Shown one piece after another: positions 26,926-38,432 of a stretch of 64,000 nucleotides of DNA (positions are counted from its first letter, which is position 1; every line of letters starts with the position of its first letter). The notes under the pieces are model-generated. The model was not told where the DNA came from, ran no database searches, and saw nothing but the letters and a program-made list of their open reading frames with translations. This DNA comes from an uncultured delta proteobacterium (GTDB lineage: Bacteria > Myxococcota > UBA727 > VGSZ01): the NCBI GenBank assembly GCA_963775425.1, contig CAVZJB010000005.1:608001-672000 (forward strand), read 5' to 3'. Both the position numbers and the translations under genes were made by a program.

Positions 26926-29900
26926 GTGCACATGCTGGGTCGAAGGGGCACGATTCTCAGCTTCTTGATTGCTTCAGGTCTGACGAGCTCCGCCGCGTTC
27001 GCGGCGAACGTCTCGACGATCGCGGGCAGCGGAACCAACGGCTTCTCCGGCGACGGCGGACAGGCGACGTCGGCGCAGATCGCCAACCCGCACGGGCTCG
27101 CCGTCGCACCCGACGGCACCGTCTACTTCGCGGACACCGGCAACTCGCGCATCCGCAAGATCAGCCCCTCGGGCACGATCACCACCGTGGTGGGCAGCGG
27201 CGCCTTCGGCGACACCGGCGACGGCGGCCCCGCCACCGCGGCGTCCGTCTCCACGGTGCTTGGCATCGCGCTCGACCCCACGGGCTCGGTCCTCTACTTC
27301 GTCGACTTCGACAACAACCGCGTTCGCAGCGTCAACCTCACCACGGGGATCATCCAGGGCTTCGCTGGCCTCGGCATCTTCGGCGTCGGCTACGCCGGTG
27401 ACGGCGGCGCCGCCACCAGCGCCTCGCTCACCTTTCCGCAGGGCGTCGCCACCGGCAGCGACGGCTCCGTGTACATCGCGGACACCACCAACTGTGTCAT
27501 TCGCAAGGTGAGCACCTCCGGCATCATCAGCACGGTCGCGGGCATCGGCTTCGTGTGCGGCCAGGGCGGCGACGGTCTCCCGGCCACCTCCGCCACCTTC
27601 GCGTCGCCGACCCGGGTGACGGTGGACGCGTCCGACAACATCTACGTGCTCGACAGCAACACCCATGTCGTTCGCGCCGTCGATCACGCCACCGGCATCA
27701 TCACCACCGTGGCCGGCGGCGGCGCCACCACGCCCGGGTTCGGCGCGGCCACCGACATGGACCTCGGCACGCCCTCGGACCTCGTCACCGACACCGCCGG
27801 TCAGCTCTACATCTCCAACTTTGCGCAGGTCTTCAAGGTGGACCTCGCCTCCGACGTCCTCTCCGTCTTCGCGGGCACCGCCACGGCCGGCTTCGGCGGC
27901 GACGGCGGCCCGGCCATCGCGGCGTCGTTCGACGACATCAGCGGCCTCAGCCTGCGCGACAACAACCTCGTCGTCTCGGACAACGTGAACGCGCGCCTGC
28001 GCGGGATCTCCCCGCCCCCCGCCGTGCCGGTCGACGTGATCATCGACCTGCTCACCAGCCAGGGCTTCCTCGACTCGCTGTCGACCATCGACGGCAGTCT
28101 GCTGATGGTCAACGTCGCCGGCCGCGATCTTCTGATCGTCCCCAACCTCACCAGCGTCGGCAGCGACGTCACCGTCACCGGGAACGACAACCTCACCGTC
28201 GTCGACCTCGGCGAGCTCGCCAGCGCCGGCGGGAACATCGACATCTCCGGCGACCTCGCCATGACGTCGCTCGACCTCAGCTCGCTGCAGACCGTCGGCG
28301 GCGACCTCAACGTGGTGAATGATCCCAACTTGAGCGCCATCTTGATCTCGGGAGTGACCACCATCGGCGGCGATCTCACCATCGTCGGCACGGCCGCGAC
28401 CGTCATCGGTCTTGGCTCGCTGACCGGCGTTGCCGGCACGGTGACCATCTCGGACAACCTCTCGGCCGGGAGCGTCGACCTCGGCTCTCTCACCAACACG
28501 GGCGGGGGTCTGGCGATCGACGGCAACACTGCCGCCGGGAGCGTCGATCTCGGATCGCTGACCTCGACCGGGGGCGACCTGAGCGTCAGCGACAACACCT
28601 CGGCGGGCAGCGTCTCGCTGCCCTCGCTCGGGAGTGTCGCGGGCTCCGTCGATATCTCGGGCAACACCAGCGCGGGCAGCGTCGATCTACCTTCGCTCGA
28701 CAACACGGGCGGCGGCCTCGCCATCGACGACAACACGGCTGCCGGCAGCGTCAGCCTCCCGGCCCTGACCAGCGTCAATGGCGACCTGAGCATCAGCGGC
28801 GACACGTCCGCCGGCAGCGTCTCGCTTCCGGCGCTCGGCTCCACCGCCGGGAGCGTCAGCATCACGGGCGACAGCTCCGCGGGCAGCGTCGACCTGAGCG
28901 GGCTCACCAACGTCGGCGGTGATCTCGCCATCGGCGACAACGCCGCAGGCACCACCGTCTCGATCAACTCCCTGCTTCAGGTCGCCGGCAGCGTGAGCAT
29001 CGACACCACCGGCACGGGCACGTTCGCCATCGGCGACTCCGCACAGGTTGCCGGGAGCGTGAGCCTCGACGCCACCGACTACACGACGGTGACAGGGACG
29101 ACGGGCGGCGCCGGCACGACCATCAACGCCACGACGCTCGACGCCATCATGCACCTCCAGATCAGCGCCGCCAGCTTCTCCGCGCCGGTCGACTTCTCGC
29201 TGACCAAGCTCGACGCCGCGGCGCTCGTGCCTGAAGACGGCGTCGCGAGCGATGGGAGCCCGGCCACGGTCGACCCGGTCGTTGCCTACGAGTTCTCTTT
29301 CACGACGCCCGTCTTGAACGAGGACGCGACTTTGTCGTTCGACGTCAACGTCGGCGGGCTCGATGCGGCGACGCAAACCGAGCTCCTCGATGCGCTCGCG
29401 GCCGGCACCGCCACCATGGTGACGAAACCCGACGGCGCCGGAAGCGTGTATCAGGCGTTTGATCTTTGTGCTTCGGGGCAATCGCCCGCGACGAACGGCT
29501 GCGTGCTCGTCGAGACCCTCGACGGCGCGGGCCAACCCACCACTGCGACGCCCGCGACCATCCGCTTCAGCAACGTCGTGGGACACTTCTCCTCGTGGGG
29601 CGTCGCCATCGTCACGCCGCAGGGCGGCGCCGATCAGTGCCCCGCGCCGTCGACCGACGTCTGCAGCGACCTCACCGGGTACGACACCGTCTACGATGAG
29701 ACCTTCTCGCGCGATCCGGGGGAGACGTTGGAGCTCGACCGCACCTTCAGCGCGTCCGGCAGCGGCGCCACGCTCGTCGTCCACAACGACGGCTGCCCCA
29801 TCGCGACCATCGTGCTGAACGGGACCAGCGTGTACGGCGCCAGCGACCCGAACATCGGCAACACCTGCGAGGCCATCGAGATCCCGCTCGATCCGAGCGG

Positions 29901-30381
29901 CGACAACGGTCTGCACATCGTTGTGCCCGCCGTCGCCGGGGCGTTCCATCACCACCACGACTGCGAGCACGGCGGCGAAGGCGAAGGCGAAGGCGACGCA
30001 GGCGAAGGCGAAGGCGAAGGGGACGCAGGCGAGGGCGAAGGCGAAGGCGAAGGTGACGCCGGCGAAGGCGAAGGCGAAGGCGACGCCGGCGAAGGCGAGG
30101 GCGAGGGCGACGACACCGGCGACGGCGGGTGCGTCCTCACCGTGGGCGTCGAGCAGCCCAGCGGCTGCTCCGCCGGCGAAGGCGAAGGCGAAGGCGAAGG
30201 GGAAGGCGAAGGCGAAGGCGACGACGGAGGCGACGACGGCGGCAACGACGGCCACGGCCACGGCGGCGGCCACGGCCACGGCCACGGCCACGGCCACGGC
30301 TGCAGCGCCGGCGGCGGATCGCCTGCCATGTTCGGCTTCTTCGCGCTCGGCCTCCTGCTGGTCCGCCGCCGGCGCCGATGA
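26926..30381 (+). CDS. Large surface protein: NHL repeats, L-domain-like solenoid repeats, GE-rich and His-rich linker, MYXO-CTERM
   Basis: Signal peptide. GDGGPATAA..P.G.A.D NHL repeats. About 22-aa repeats L.SLT..GG.L.I..NT.AGSV. C-terminus GCSAGGG..FALGLLLVRRRRR. Confidence 0.8.
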   Translation: MHMLGRRGTILSFLIASGLTSSAAFAANVSTIAGSGTNGFSGDGGQATSAQIANPHGLAVAPDGTVYFADTGNSRIRKISPSGTITTVVGSGAFGDTGDGGPATAASVSTVLGIALDPTGSVLYFVDFDNNRVRSVNLTTGIIQGFAGLGIFGVGYAGDGGAATSASLTFPQGVATGSDGSVYIADTTNCVIRKVSTSGIISTVAGIGFVCGQGGDGLPATSATFASPTRVTVDASDNIYVLDSNTHVVRAVDHATGIITTVAGGGATTPGFGAATDMDLGTPSDLVTDTAGQLYISNFAQVFKVDLASDVLSVFAGTATAGFGGDGGPAIAASFDDISGLSLRDNNLVVSDNVNARLRGISPPPAVPVDVIIDLLTSQGFLDSLSTIDGSLLMVNVAGRDLLIVPNLTSVGSDVTVTGNDNLTVVDLGELASAGGNIDISGDLAMTSLDLSSLQTVGGDLNVVNDPNLSAILISGVTTIGGDLTIVGTAATVIGLGSLTGVAGTVTISDNLSAGSVDLGSLTNTGGGLAIDGNTAAGSVDLGSLTSTGGDLSVSDNTSAGSVSLPSLGSVAGSVDISGNTSAGSVDLPSLDNTGGGLAIDDNTAAGSVSLPALTSVNGDLSISGDTSAGSVSLPALGSTAGSVSITGDSSAGSVDLSGLTNVGGDLAIGDNAAGTTVSINSLLQVAGSVSIDTTGTGTFAIGDSAQVAGSVSLDATDYTTVTGTTGGAGTTINATTLDAIMHLQISAASFSAPVDFSLTKLDAAALVPEDGVASDGSPATVDPVVAYEFSFTTPVLNEDATLSFDVNVGGLDAATQTELLDALAAGTATMVTKPDGAGSVYQAFDLCASGQSPATNGCVLVETLDGAGQPTTATPATIRFSNVVGHFSSWGVAIVTPQGGADQCPAPSTDVCSDLTGYDTVYDETFSRDPGETLELDRTFSASGSGATLVVHNDGCPIATIVLNGTSVYGASDPNIGNTCEAIEIPLDPSGDNGLHIVVPAVAGAFHHHHDCEHGGEGEGEGDAGEGEGEGDAGEGEGEGEGDAGEGEGEGDAGEGEGEGDDTGDGGCVLTVGVEQPSGCSAGEGEGEGEGEGEGEGDDGGDDGGNDGHGHGGGHGHGHGHGHGCSAGGGSPAMFGFFALGLLLVRRRRR
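29974..30300 (+). repeat. Coding low-complexity repeats (GE)n and (GH)n
   Basis: GGCGAA/GGCGAG hexamer arrays followed by a GGCCAC array. Confidence 0.9.
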
Positions 30382-30435
30382 GCGTTGCAGGCCACTGCCC
30401 GGGCGCGAGATGCTCCGGGGGTACGTGGGGTCTGG

Positions 30436-31380
30436 ATGCTCGAAGCCCGTTGGCTCGGAACTGTTCTCTGTCTGATCGCCGCCGTGGGCGCTCCGGCTGC
30501 GCACGCGCTGCCGGAGGAGTACACGGCGGCGCTGCTGCCGGTGATGGCGAAGGATCTGCTCGAGCCGCAGAAGCGCGCCATCGACGACCGCATCCGCGAG
30601 ATCGCCGCCAACAACGCACTCAAGGTGCAGCCGGCGGCGGAGACGGTGCGCAACATCGACAAGGCCAAGAGGGCGGGCGCCGCCTGCAACATCGAGTCGC
30701 TCGCCTGCCAGGCGCAGATGGGCGTTCTCCTCGGCACCAAGCAGGTGATCGTGGCGCGCGTGGCGTCGGACTGGGCGGGTGATCGCCTGGAGCTTCGCCT
30801 CCTCGACGCCCTGCGCGGCTCCACGATCCGGGAGGCCACGCACGTGCTGCCCAAGGAGACCAAGCTGCGCAGGCGCGTGATCGACGGCATCATCTTCTCG
30901 GTGCTCGTGCCGCCCAAGACCGGCAGCGTGGCCATCACGTCGGGCAAGGGGGATCTCTTCCTCGACGGCGTTCCCCTCAAGGCGGACGGGGACACGGCGC
31001 ACGCAGACGGCCTCGCGCCCGGCGCGCACGACGTCGAGCTCCGCGTCGAGGGACAGCCGCCGAAGAGGGCGTCGTTCGTCACCGTCAGCGGCGAGACCGC
31101 GGAGGTCGCCGTGGGCGCGCCGCTGCCGGTCACCCCGCCGCCCGCCACCGATGGGGCGTCCGGCGTCGGCCTCTGGCTCGTCGGCGGCGGCGGCGCGTTG
31201 GCGGTCGCCGCGGTGATCGGCGCCGGGAGCCTCGAAGCCGCGTTGGAGTTGTCGCCGATGGAGCGTTCCACCCGTGACACCGTCCAGGCCACCGGCCTCG
31301 GCCTCCTCGGCGCGACCGCCGTCGGTGTCGTCGTCGCCGGCGCCGGCGGCGCGATGATGGCCCTGGAGCCTTCGCCATGA
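30436..31380 (+). CDS. PEGA-like domain membrane protein
   Basis: Signal peptide, C...LACQAQMG, GSVAITS..LFLDG..LAPGAHDVEL, two C-terminal TMs. ATGA-coupled to the next gene. Confidence 0.65.
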   Translation: MLEARWLGTVLCLIAAVGAPAAHALPEEYTAALLPVMAKDLLEPQKRAIDDRIREIAANNALKVQPAAETVRNIDKAKRAGAACNIESLACQAQMGVLLGTKQVIVARVASDWAGDRLELRLLDALRGSTIREATHVLPKETKLRRRVIDGIIFSVLVPPKTGSVAITSGKGDLFLDGVPLKADGDTAHADGLAPGAHDVELRVEGQPPKRASFVTVSGETAEVAVGAPLPVTPPPATDGASGVGLWLVGGGGALAVAAVIGAGSLEAALELSPMERSTRDTVQATGLGLLGATAVGVVVAGAGGAMMALEPSP

Positions 31381-33113
31381 GCACGCGCCTCGTCGTCGTT
31401 GTCGCCTACGTCATCGCAGCCGCGTTCAGCCTCGGCGGCTGTCGCTTCTTCGACGACCACGAAGCCCCGTGCCGCACCGACGCGGACTGCTTCCCCGAGG
31501 AGGAGTGCAACCCCGCGAACGACCGGTGCCGCCTCGCGATCCACACCGGCGAGGGCGAGGGCGAAGGGGAGGGCGAGGGCGAAGGCGAAGGCGAGGGCGA
31601 AGGCGAAGGCGAGGGTGAAGGAGAGGGCGAAGGAGAGGGCGAAGGAGAGGGTGAAGGGGAAGGCGAGGGCGAGGGTGAGGGAGAAGGCGAGGGCGAGGGA
31701 GAGGCGTGTCCGAATGATGTCTTCGGCGCGGACATCGACGGCGATTGCGGCGTCGACCTCATCGTGGGCTCACCCGCCGCCGAGGTCCCCGTGATCGATT
31801 GGACGACGACGTCGTCCCCGACGGCTGCGTTTCGCTATTTCGTCGGCGACGGGAGCGGTGGCTTCGCCCCGCCGCTGACGTTCGAAAACATCATCTCCGA
31901 TGGCACCGTCGCTCGCGCCCGGCTCGCCATCTCCGTCGCGCTCGCGCGCCTGCCGGCGGCCGACGGCACCCGCGACGTGCTCATCGGTGAGCCGTCGCCG
32001 ACGCGCGATCCGGCCGGGAACCCCCACGATGGCCTCGTCCACCTGGCCACGCCCAACGGTCAAGCCACGACGTTCGACGACATCTCTTCCGAGGTCGGCG
32101 GCGCGACCAACACGGGCGCGTCGGTCGCGTTCACCGAGGGAGCTGGCGGCAGTCGCGTCGTCCTCCGGTCTCGCGCCGGAGCCTCGGTCATCGTCGCCGC
32201 CGTGCCCGACAAGACCGAGGCCGGGGGCTCCTTTCTGGCGGATCTCGGCGCGGCGAGCGCGGCCAGCCTCGTGCTCACGGGGCCCGACACGCTCGGTGAG
32301 ACGATTCGGCGCATCGACGACATCAACGGCGACGGCATGCCCGAGGTCGGCGTCTCCGTCGTCGGAGACGCGCAGTCGGGGACGCCGGTCGGGGTCCTCG
32401 CGCTCAACGTGAAGCCCATCTCGGGTGCCCAGATCCAGATCGACGCGCCCGTCGCGTGGGCCACGCCGACCAACGCGCTGGGCTTCGGCGCGGCGTTCGC
32501 GTCGCTCGGCAACGTGCTCGGCGACTCGAAGGCGGAGCTCGCGATCGGTGCGCCGCTCGAGGGCGCCGGCGCGGTCTACGTCGCCGTCGGCGGCTCGCCC
32601 ACGCCGGTCAACGTCTATGCACGCGTCGCGCCCCCGGGGGGCCTGTCTGCCGACGCTGCGTTTGGCGCCGCCGTGGAGCCGCTCGGCGACCTCGACGGCG
32701 ACGGCAAGCCCGAGCTGCTGGTCGGGGCCCCGTACCATAGCCTCGGCGGAACGGTGAACGAGTGCGGCGACGAGCCCGGCGCCCCGTCCTCGTACGCCGG
32801 CGACTGTGCGGGAGCAATCGTTGTCGTCCGCGGCAGCGACCTCGCCGTCCCGGACGCGAACGATGTCGACTCCAGTTGCGTCCAGCCCGGCGTCTCCGGG
32901 GAGCGCCTCGGCGCGGCGATGCGCGCGCTCGAGCCCGTCGCGTCAGGCGGTGTGCGGGTCGCCGTGGGCGCACCCGCGACGGCGGTCGCACCAGGGAGCG
33001 CCTTCGTCTTCACGATCACGATGGATGGAAGCGGCGTATGTAGCTTCAGCAGCGTCGCGCTCCCGGCCCGCGGGCAGAACGGGGATCGCTTCGGGTTCTC
33101 GTTCGCGCAGTGA
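31377..33113 (+). CDS. FG-GAP (integrin alpha-like) repeat lipoprotein with poly-GE linker
   Basis: Lipobox LGGC, Cys-rich CRTDADC module, [30 protein letters not shown] motifs. Confidence 0.8.
   Translation: MSTRLVVVVAYVIAAAFSLGGCRFFDDHEAPCRTDADCFPEEECNPANDRCRLAIHTGEGEGEGEGEGEGEGEGEGEGEGEGEGEGEGEGEGEGEGEGEGEGEGEGEGEACPNDVFGADIDGDCGVDLIVGSPAAEVPVIDWTTTSSPTAAFRYFVGDGSGGFAPPLTFENIISDGTVARARLAISVALARLPAADGTRDVLIGEPSPTRDPAGNPHDGLVHLATPNGQATTFDDISSEVGGATNTGASVAFTEGAGGSRVVLRSRAGASVIVAAVPDKTEAGGSFLADLGAASAASLVLTGPDTLGETIRRIDDINGDGMPEVGVSVVGDAQSGTPVGVLALNVKPISGAQIQIDAPVAWATPTNALGFGAAFASLGNVLGDSKAELAIGAPLEGAGAVYVAVGGSPTPVNVYARVAPPGGLSADAAFGAAVEPLGDLDGDGKPELLVGAPYHSLGGTVNECGDEPGAPSSYAGDCAGAIVVVRGSDLAVPDANDVDSSCVQPGVSGERLGAAMRALEPVASGGVRVAVGAPATAVAPGSAFVFTITMDGSGVCSFSSVALPARGQNGDRFGFSFAQ
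31548..31703 (+). repeat. (GE)26 coding tandem repeat
   Basis: 156 nt of GGN-GAR dicodons with varied synonymous codons. Confidence 0.95.
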
Positions 33114-33138
33114 CGACCGTCAGGCGGGCGAACGTCGG

Positions 33139-35523
<2,385 letters not shown>

Positions 35524-35544
35524 TCCACGACGACCATAGCGCGC

Positions 35545-36039
35545 CTACACGCGCGGCGACATGCGGTCCACGAAGTACATGAGCGCGGGCACGTCCATGA
35601 AGGTCAGGCAGATGTCGCCGAATTGCACCTCGTCGCCGGAGCGGAGCGTGGCGGTGCCGGCGACGGCGCCGCCGTTGATCCGGGTGCCGAGACGGGAGCC
35701 GACGTCGCGCACGGTCCACGGGGGTCCGGGCTCGAAGAAGGCGTGGAGGCGGGAGACCGATGGATCCTCGATGGGGACGTCGTTGTTCGCCGTGCGTCCC
35801 ACAGTGACCTTCACGATCGACAGGGATCGGTCGCGCTTGCGCACCGGGAGGATCAGCCAGTCGACGGCGAGGCCGCCGGCGCCGGGCGCGGGCGACGCCG
35901 GCGCCGAGCGCGTCTGCTCGAAGCGCTTGGGCGGGCGCAGGCTGCCGGCGACGGCGACGAGGAAGGCGTCCCCGTGGCGCGCCGTGAATTCGTCTGCGGA
36001 GAGGGCGCGCACGTCCCCGGTGAGATCACCGAGCTTCAC
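35545..36039 (-). CDS. FHA-domain protein
   Basis: VGRTANNDV, SVSRLHA, DVGSRLGT.ING, LRSGDEVQFG. Confidence 0.9.
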   Translation of the reverse strand: MKLGDLTGDVRALSADEFTARHGDAFLVAVAGSLRPPKRFEQTRSAPASPAPGAGGLAVDWLILPVRKRDRSLSIVKVTVGRTANNDVPIEDPSVSRLHAFFEPGPPWTVRDVGSRLGTRINGGAVAGTATLRSGDEVQFGDICLTFMDVPALMYFVDRMSPRV

Positions 36040-36101
36040 ACGGGAAAATTACCGTACCGAGCGCCGGCCGCGAAATATCTCCTCGGGTGTATCCTCGTGG
36101 C

Positions 36102-36941
36102 GTGATGCTCCTCGTCGTGCCCGGAGCCGGCGACGTCGAAGTCGCAGCGCAGCGGCTGGCGGGCCTCGGGATCGCTGCGTACGACGCCCGCCAGAGGCTG
36201 CTGCGGGGGGTGCCCTTCGCCCTCGGCTGCGACGTGGAGCGCGCCCGAGGGACCGCCGTGGAGCTGCGCGGCGCCGGCGTGGAGGCGTTCGCCGTCGACG
36301 AGGAGGTCCTGGCGCGCTCGCCGCCGCTCCTCGTGGTCAGGAGCTTCAACCTCTTCCCCGAGGGCATCGAGATCACCACCCGGCCCACCGCGGCGGTGCC
36401 GGCGGCCACGCACGCGGTGCGCTGGTCCCACATCGAGCTCATCGCCGCGGCGCGGGCGGTGCAGAGCACCGTCGTTCACACCGAGACGACGCGACGCAAG
36501 ATGACCGCGAACCCCGTGAAGATGATGCGCAAGAAGACACAGGTGGATCGCCAACACGAGCAGTCCGACGAGCGCTTCACCCTCGTGCTCGCCCGCGAGC
36601 CCGACGTGCTGATGCGCTTCGACCTCGAGGGCCTCGACTACACGGGCCTCGCCGAGCGGCGCCAGCCGGTGGCGCGCGGCAACTACGACGCCCTCGTGGC
36701 GCTGGTGCGCGCGTCGGCGCCGCAGGCGGCCGTCGACGATCGCCTCGAAAAGCTCGCCGCGCGCCTCGCCGGCGCGCCGGCGGCGTCGTCGTTGTCGGCG
36801 CAGAGCCGCGGCAGGGTGAAGACCGTCACGCAGAGCTTCAGCGACGACAACGAGGGCGCCGTGGTCGCCGCCGCGCGCCTGTTGTGCCTGGCGCAGCGCC
36901 TGCGCGCGCCGGCGCAAGGGCGCGCGGCCCCCGAGCGCTAG
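36102..36941 (+). CDS. Hypothetical protein
   Basis: Long ORF with genome-typical codon use. TATCCT lies 6 nt before GTG 36102. No family recognised. Confidence 0.65.
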   Translation: MMLLVVPGAGDVEVAAQRLAGLGIAAYDARQRLLRGVPFALGCDVERARGTAVELRGAGVEAFAVDEEVLARSPPLLVVRSFNLFPEGIEITTRPTAAVPAATHAVRWSHIELIAAARAVQSTVVHTETTRRKMTANPVKMMRKKTQVDRQHEQSDERFTLVLAREPDVLMRFDLEGLDYTGLAERRQPVARGNYDALVALVRASAPQAAVDDRLEKLAARLAGAPAASSLSAQSRGRVKTVTQSFSDDNEGAVVAAARLLCLAQRLRAPAQGRAAPER

Positions 36942-36952
36942 GCGGATCGCCG

Positions 36953-36980
36953 GGAACCGGGGCGCCGCGCGGGGTGTCTC
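36953..36980 (+). promoter_or_regulatory. Possible autoregulatory ECF-sigma promoter
   Basis: GGAACC-N17-GTCTC upstream of the ECF sigma gene. Confidence 0.45.
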
Positions 36981-37029
36981 ACCGGGGCCGCCCACAGGCG
37001 CCCCGGGGAGTGTGAGAATGGCTCGTGCC

Positions 37030-37692
37030 ATGACCGCGAAGACCACCGACGAAGCCCGTCCGCGGCCGGCCGCCACGTCGCTGCGCCCCCTGCCCCAGGG
37101 GGACGGCGCGGAGGAGGCCCTGGCGGAGCGCGCCGCCCAGGGGGACACCGGGGCGTTCGACGCCCTGGTCACCCTGTTTTCCGGACGGGTGTTCGCGGTG
37201 GCCTACCGGATGCTGCAGGACCGGGCGGAGGCGGAGGACCTCTCCCAGGAGGTCTTCGTGGCGCTCTACCACGCGCTGCCGACGTTCCGGGGGGAGAGCC
37301 GGCTGTCGACGTGGATCTACCGGATCACGCGCAACCGCTGCCTGAACAAGATGAAGTTCCTCAAGCGGCGCCACGTCGGCAGCCACGCCGACATCGACGA
37401 CCCCGCCGTCGCGCGCGGCGTCGCCGACCCCGAGACCGACGTCCGCGGCGCCAGAGACGCCGATCGCCGCCTCGAGCGCGGCGAGCTGTCGAAGGTCCTC
37501 GAGCGGCACCTGCGCGACCTCCCCGAGGAGCAGCGCACGCTGGTGATCCTGCGCGATCTCGAGGACCTCTCCTACGACGAGATCGCGGAGGTCACCGGCC
37601 TCCCGCTCGGGACGGTGAAGTCCCGTTTGCATCGAGCGCGCGCGGAGCTTTCGCAGCGGCTCGGCCCCGTCCTCGACGAACTCGTGATCTGA
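37030..37692 (+). CDS. ECF (RpoE-like) sigma-70 factor
   Basis: GDTGAFDALV, EAEDLSQEVF, FRGESRLSTWIYRI..N, LSYDEIAEVTGLPLGTVKSRLHRAR. Start 37018 or 37030. Confidence 0.92.
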   Translation: MTAKTTDEARPRPAATSLRPLPQGDGAEEALAERAAQGDTGAFDALVTLFSGRVFAVAYRMLQDRAEAEDLSQEVFVALYHALPTFRGESRLSTWIYRITRNRCLNKMKFLKRRHVGSHADIDDPAVARGVADPETDVRGARDADRRLERGELSKVLERHLRDLPEEQRTLVILRDLEDLSYDEIAEVTGLPLGTVKSRLHRARAELSQRLGPVLDELVI

Positions 37693-37693
37693 A

Positions 37694-38413
37694 ATGCCTC
37701 GCCTGGAGCTCATCATGACCGACAAGAAGCTGACCCCCGATGACGCGCGCGCGCTCTTGAGCGACCACGTCGAGGGCGCCCTCGACGACGACACGCGCGC
37801 CGAGGTGGACGCCCTCCTCGCGTCCGACGCCGCGCTCGCCGCGGAGCGCCGCCGCCTCGCGGCGACGATGTCCCTGCTGCAGACGTTGCCGCGGCCGGAG
37901 CCGCCCGCCGACGTCGTCGGCAAGGTGCGCGACCGCCTCGCCGCCGAGCGCCGCTCGGCTCTCGAGGCGAGCGGCGCCGCGGACGCGCCGCCGGCGCGCT
38001 TCGACGACGGCCTCGCGCGTCGGGCCCGGCGCGGCTGGCGCCGCTTTGGCGGGATCGAGGCCGCGATGGGGCTGTCGGCGCTCGCGGCGGTCGCGGTGCT
38101 CATCGCGGTCGCCGGCCACGAGGCGTCGTCGGTGCCGGCGGGCCCCGCCGCGGGCACCATCGAGGTCGCCGGCACCAGCGGCGGCGAGCGCGCGGTGACG
38201 GCCACCCTCGTCGTCCCCGGCGTCCCCCACAGCCTCGTCGCCGCGCTCGCCGCCAAGGCCGGGATGGAGACCGTCGACGGCAACGTCTACGAGGGCGACC
38301 GCCGCGCGGCCGCCCGCTTCTTGATCGAGCTGAAGACGGCGGCGGCCGAGCGGGGCGTCGAGGTCTCGGGCTTCGTCCCCGACGCCACCCGCGTCCGCCT
38401 CGAGATCCGTTGA
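37694..38413 (+). CDS. Transmembrane anti-sigma factor
   Basis: Follows the ECF sigma. ASD-like LLSDHVEGALDDDTRAEVDALL. Single TM. Confidence 0.75.
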   Translation: MPRLELIMTDKKLTPDDARALLSDHVEGALDDDTRAEVDALLASDAALAAERRRLAATMSLLQTLPRPEPPADVVGKVRDRLAAERRSALEASGAADAPPARFDDGLARRARRGWRRFGGIEAAMGLSALAAVAVLIAVAGHEASSVPAGPAAGTIEVAGTSGGERAVTATLVVPGVPHSLVAALAAKAGMETVDGNVYEGDRRAAARFLIELKTAAAERGVEVSGFVPDATRVRLEIR

Positions 38414-38432
38414 GCGGCGGGCCGCGCCCCCG

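Noticed and set aside
29974-31703. GE/GH hexamer arrays as CRISPR or non-coding satellite
   Set aside because: They are in-frame coding repeats with synonymous variation and no spacers.
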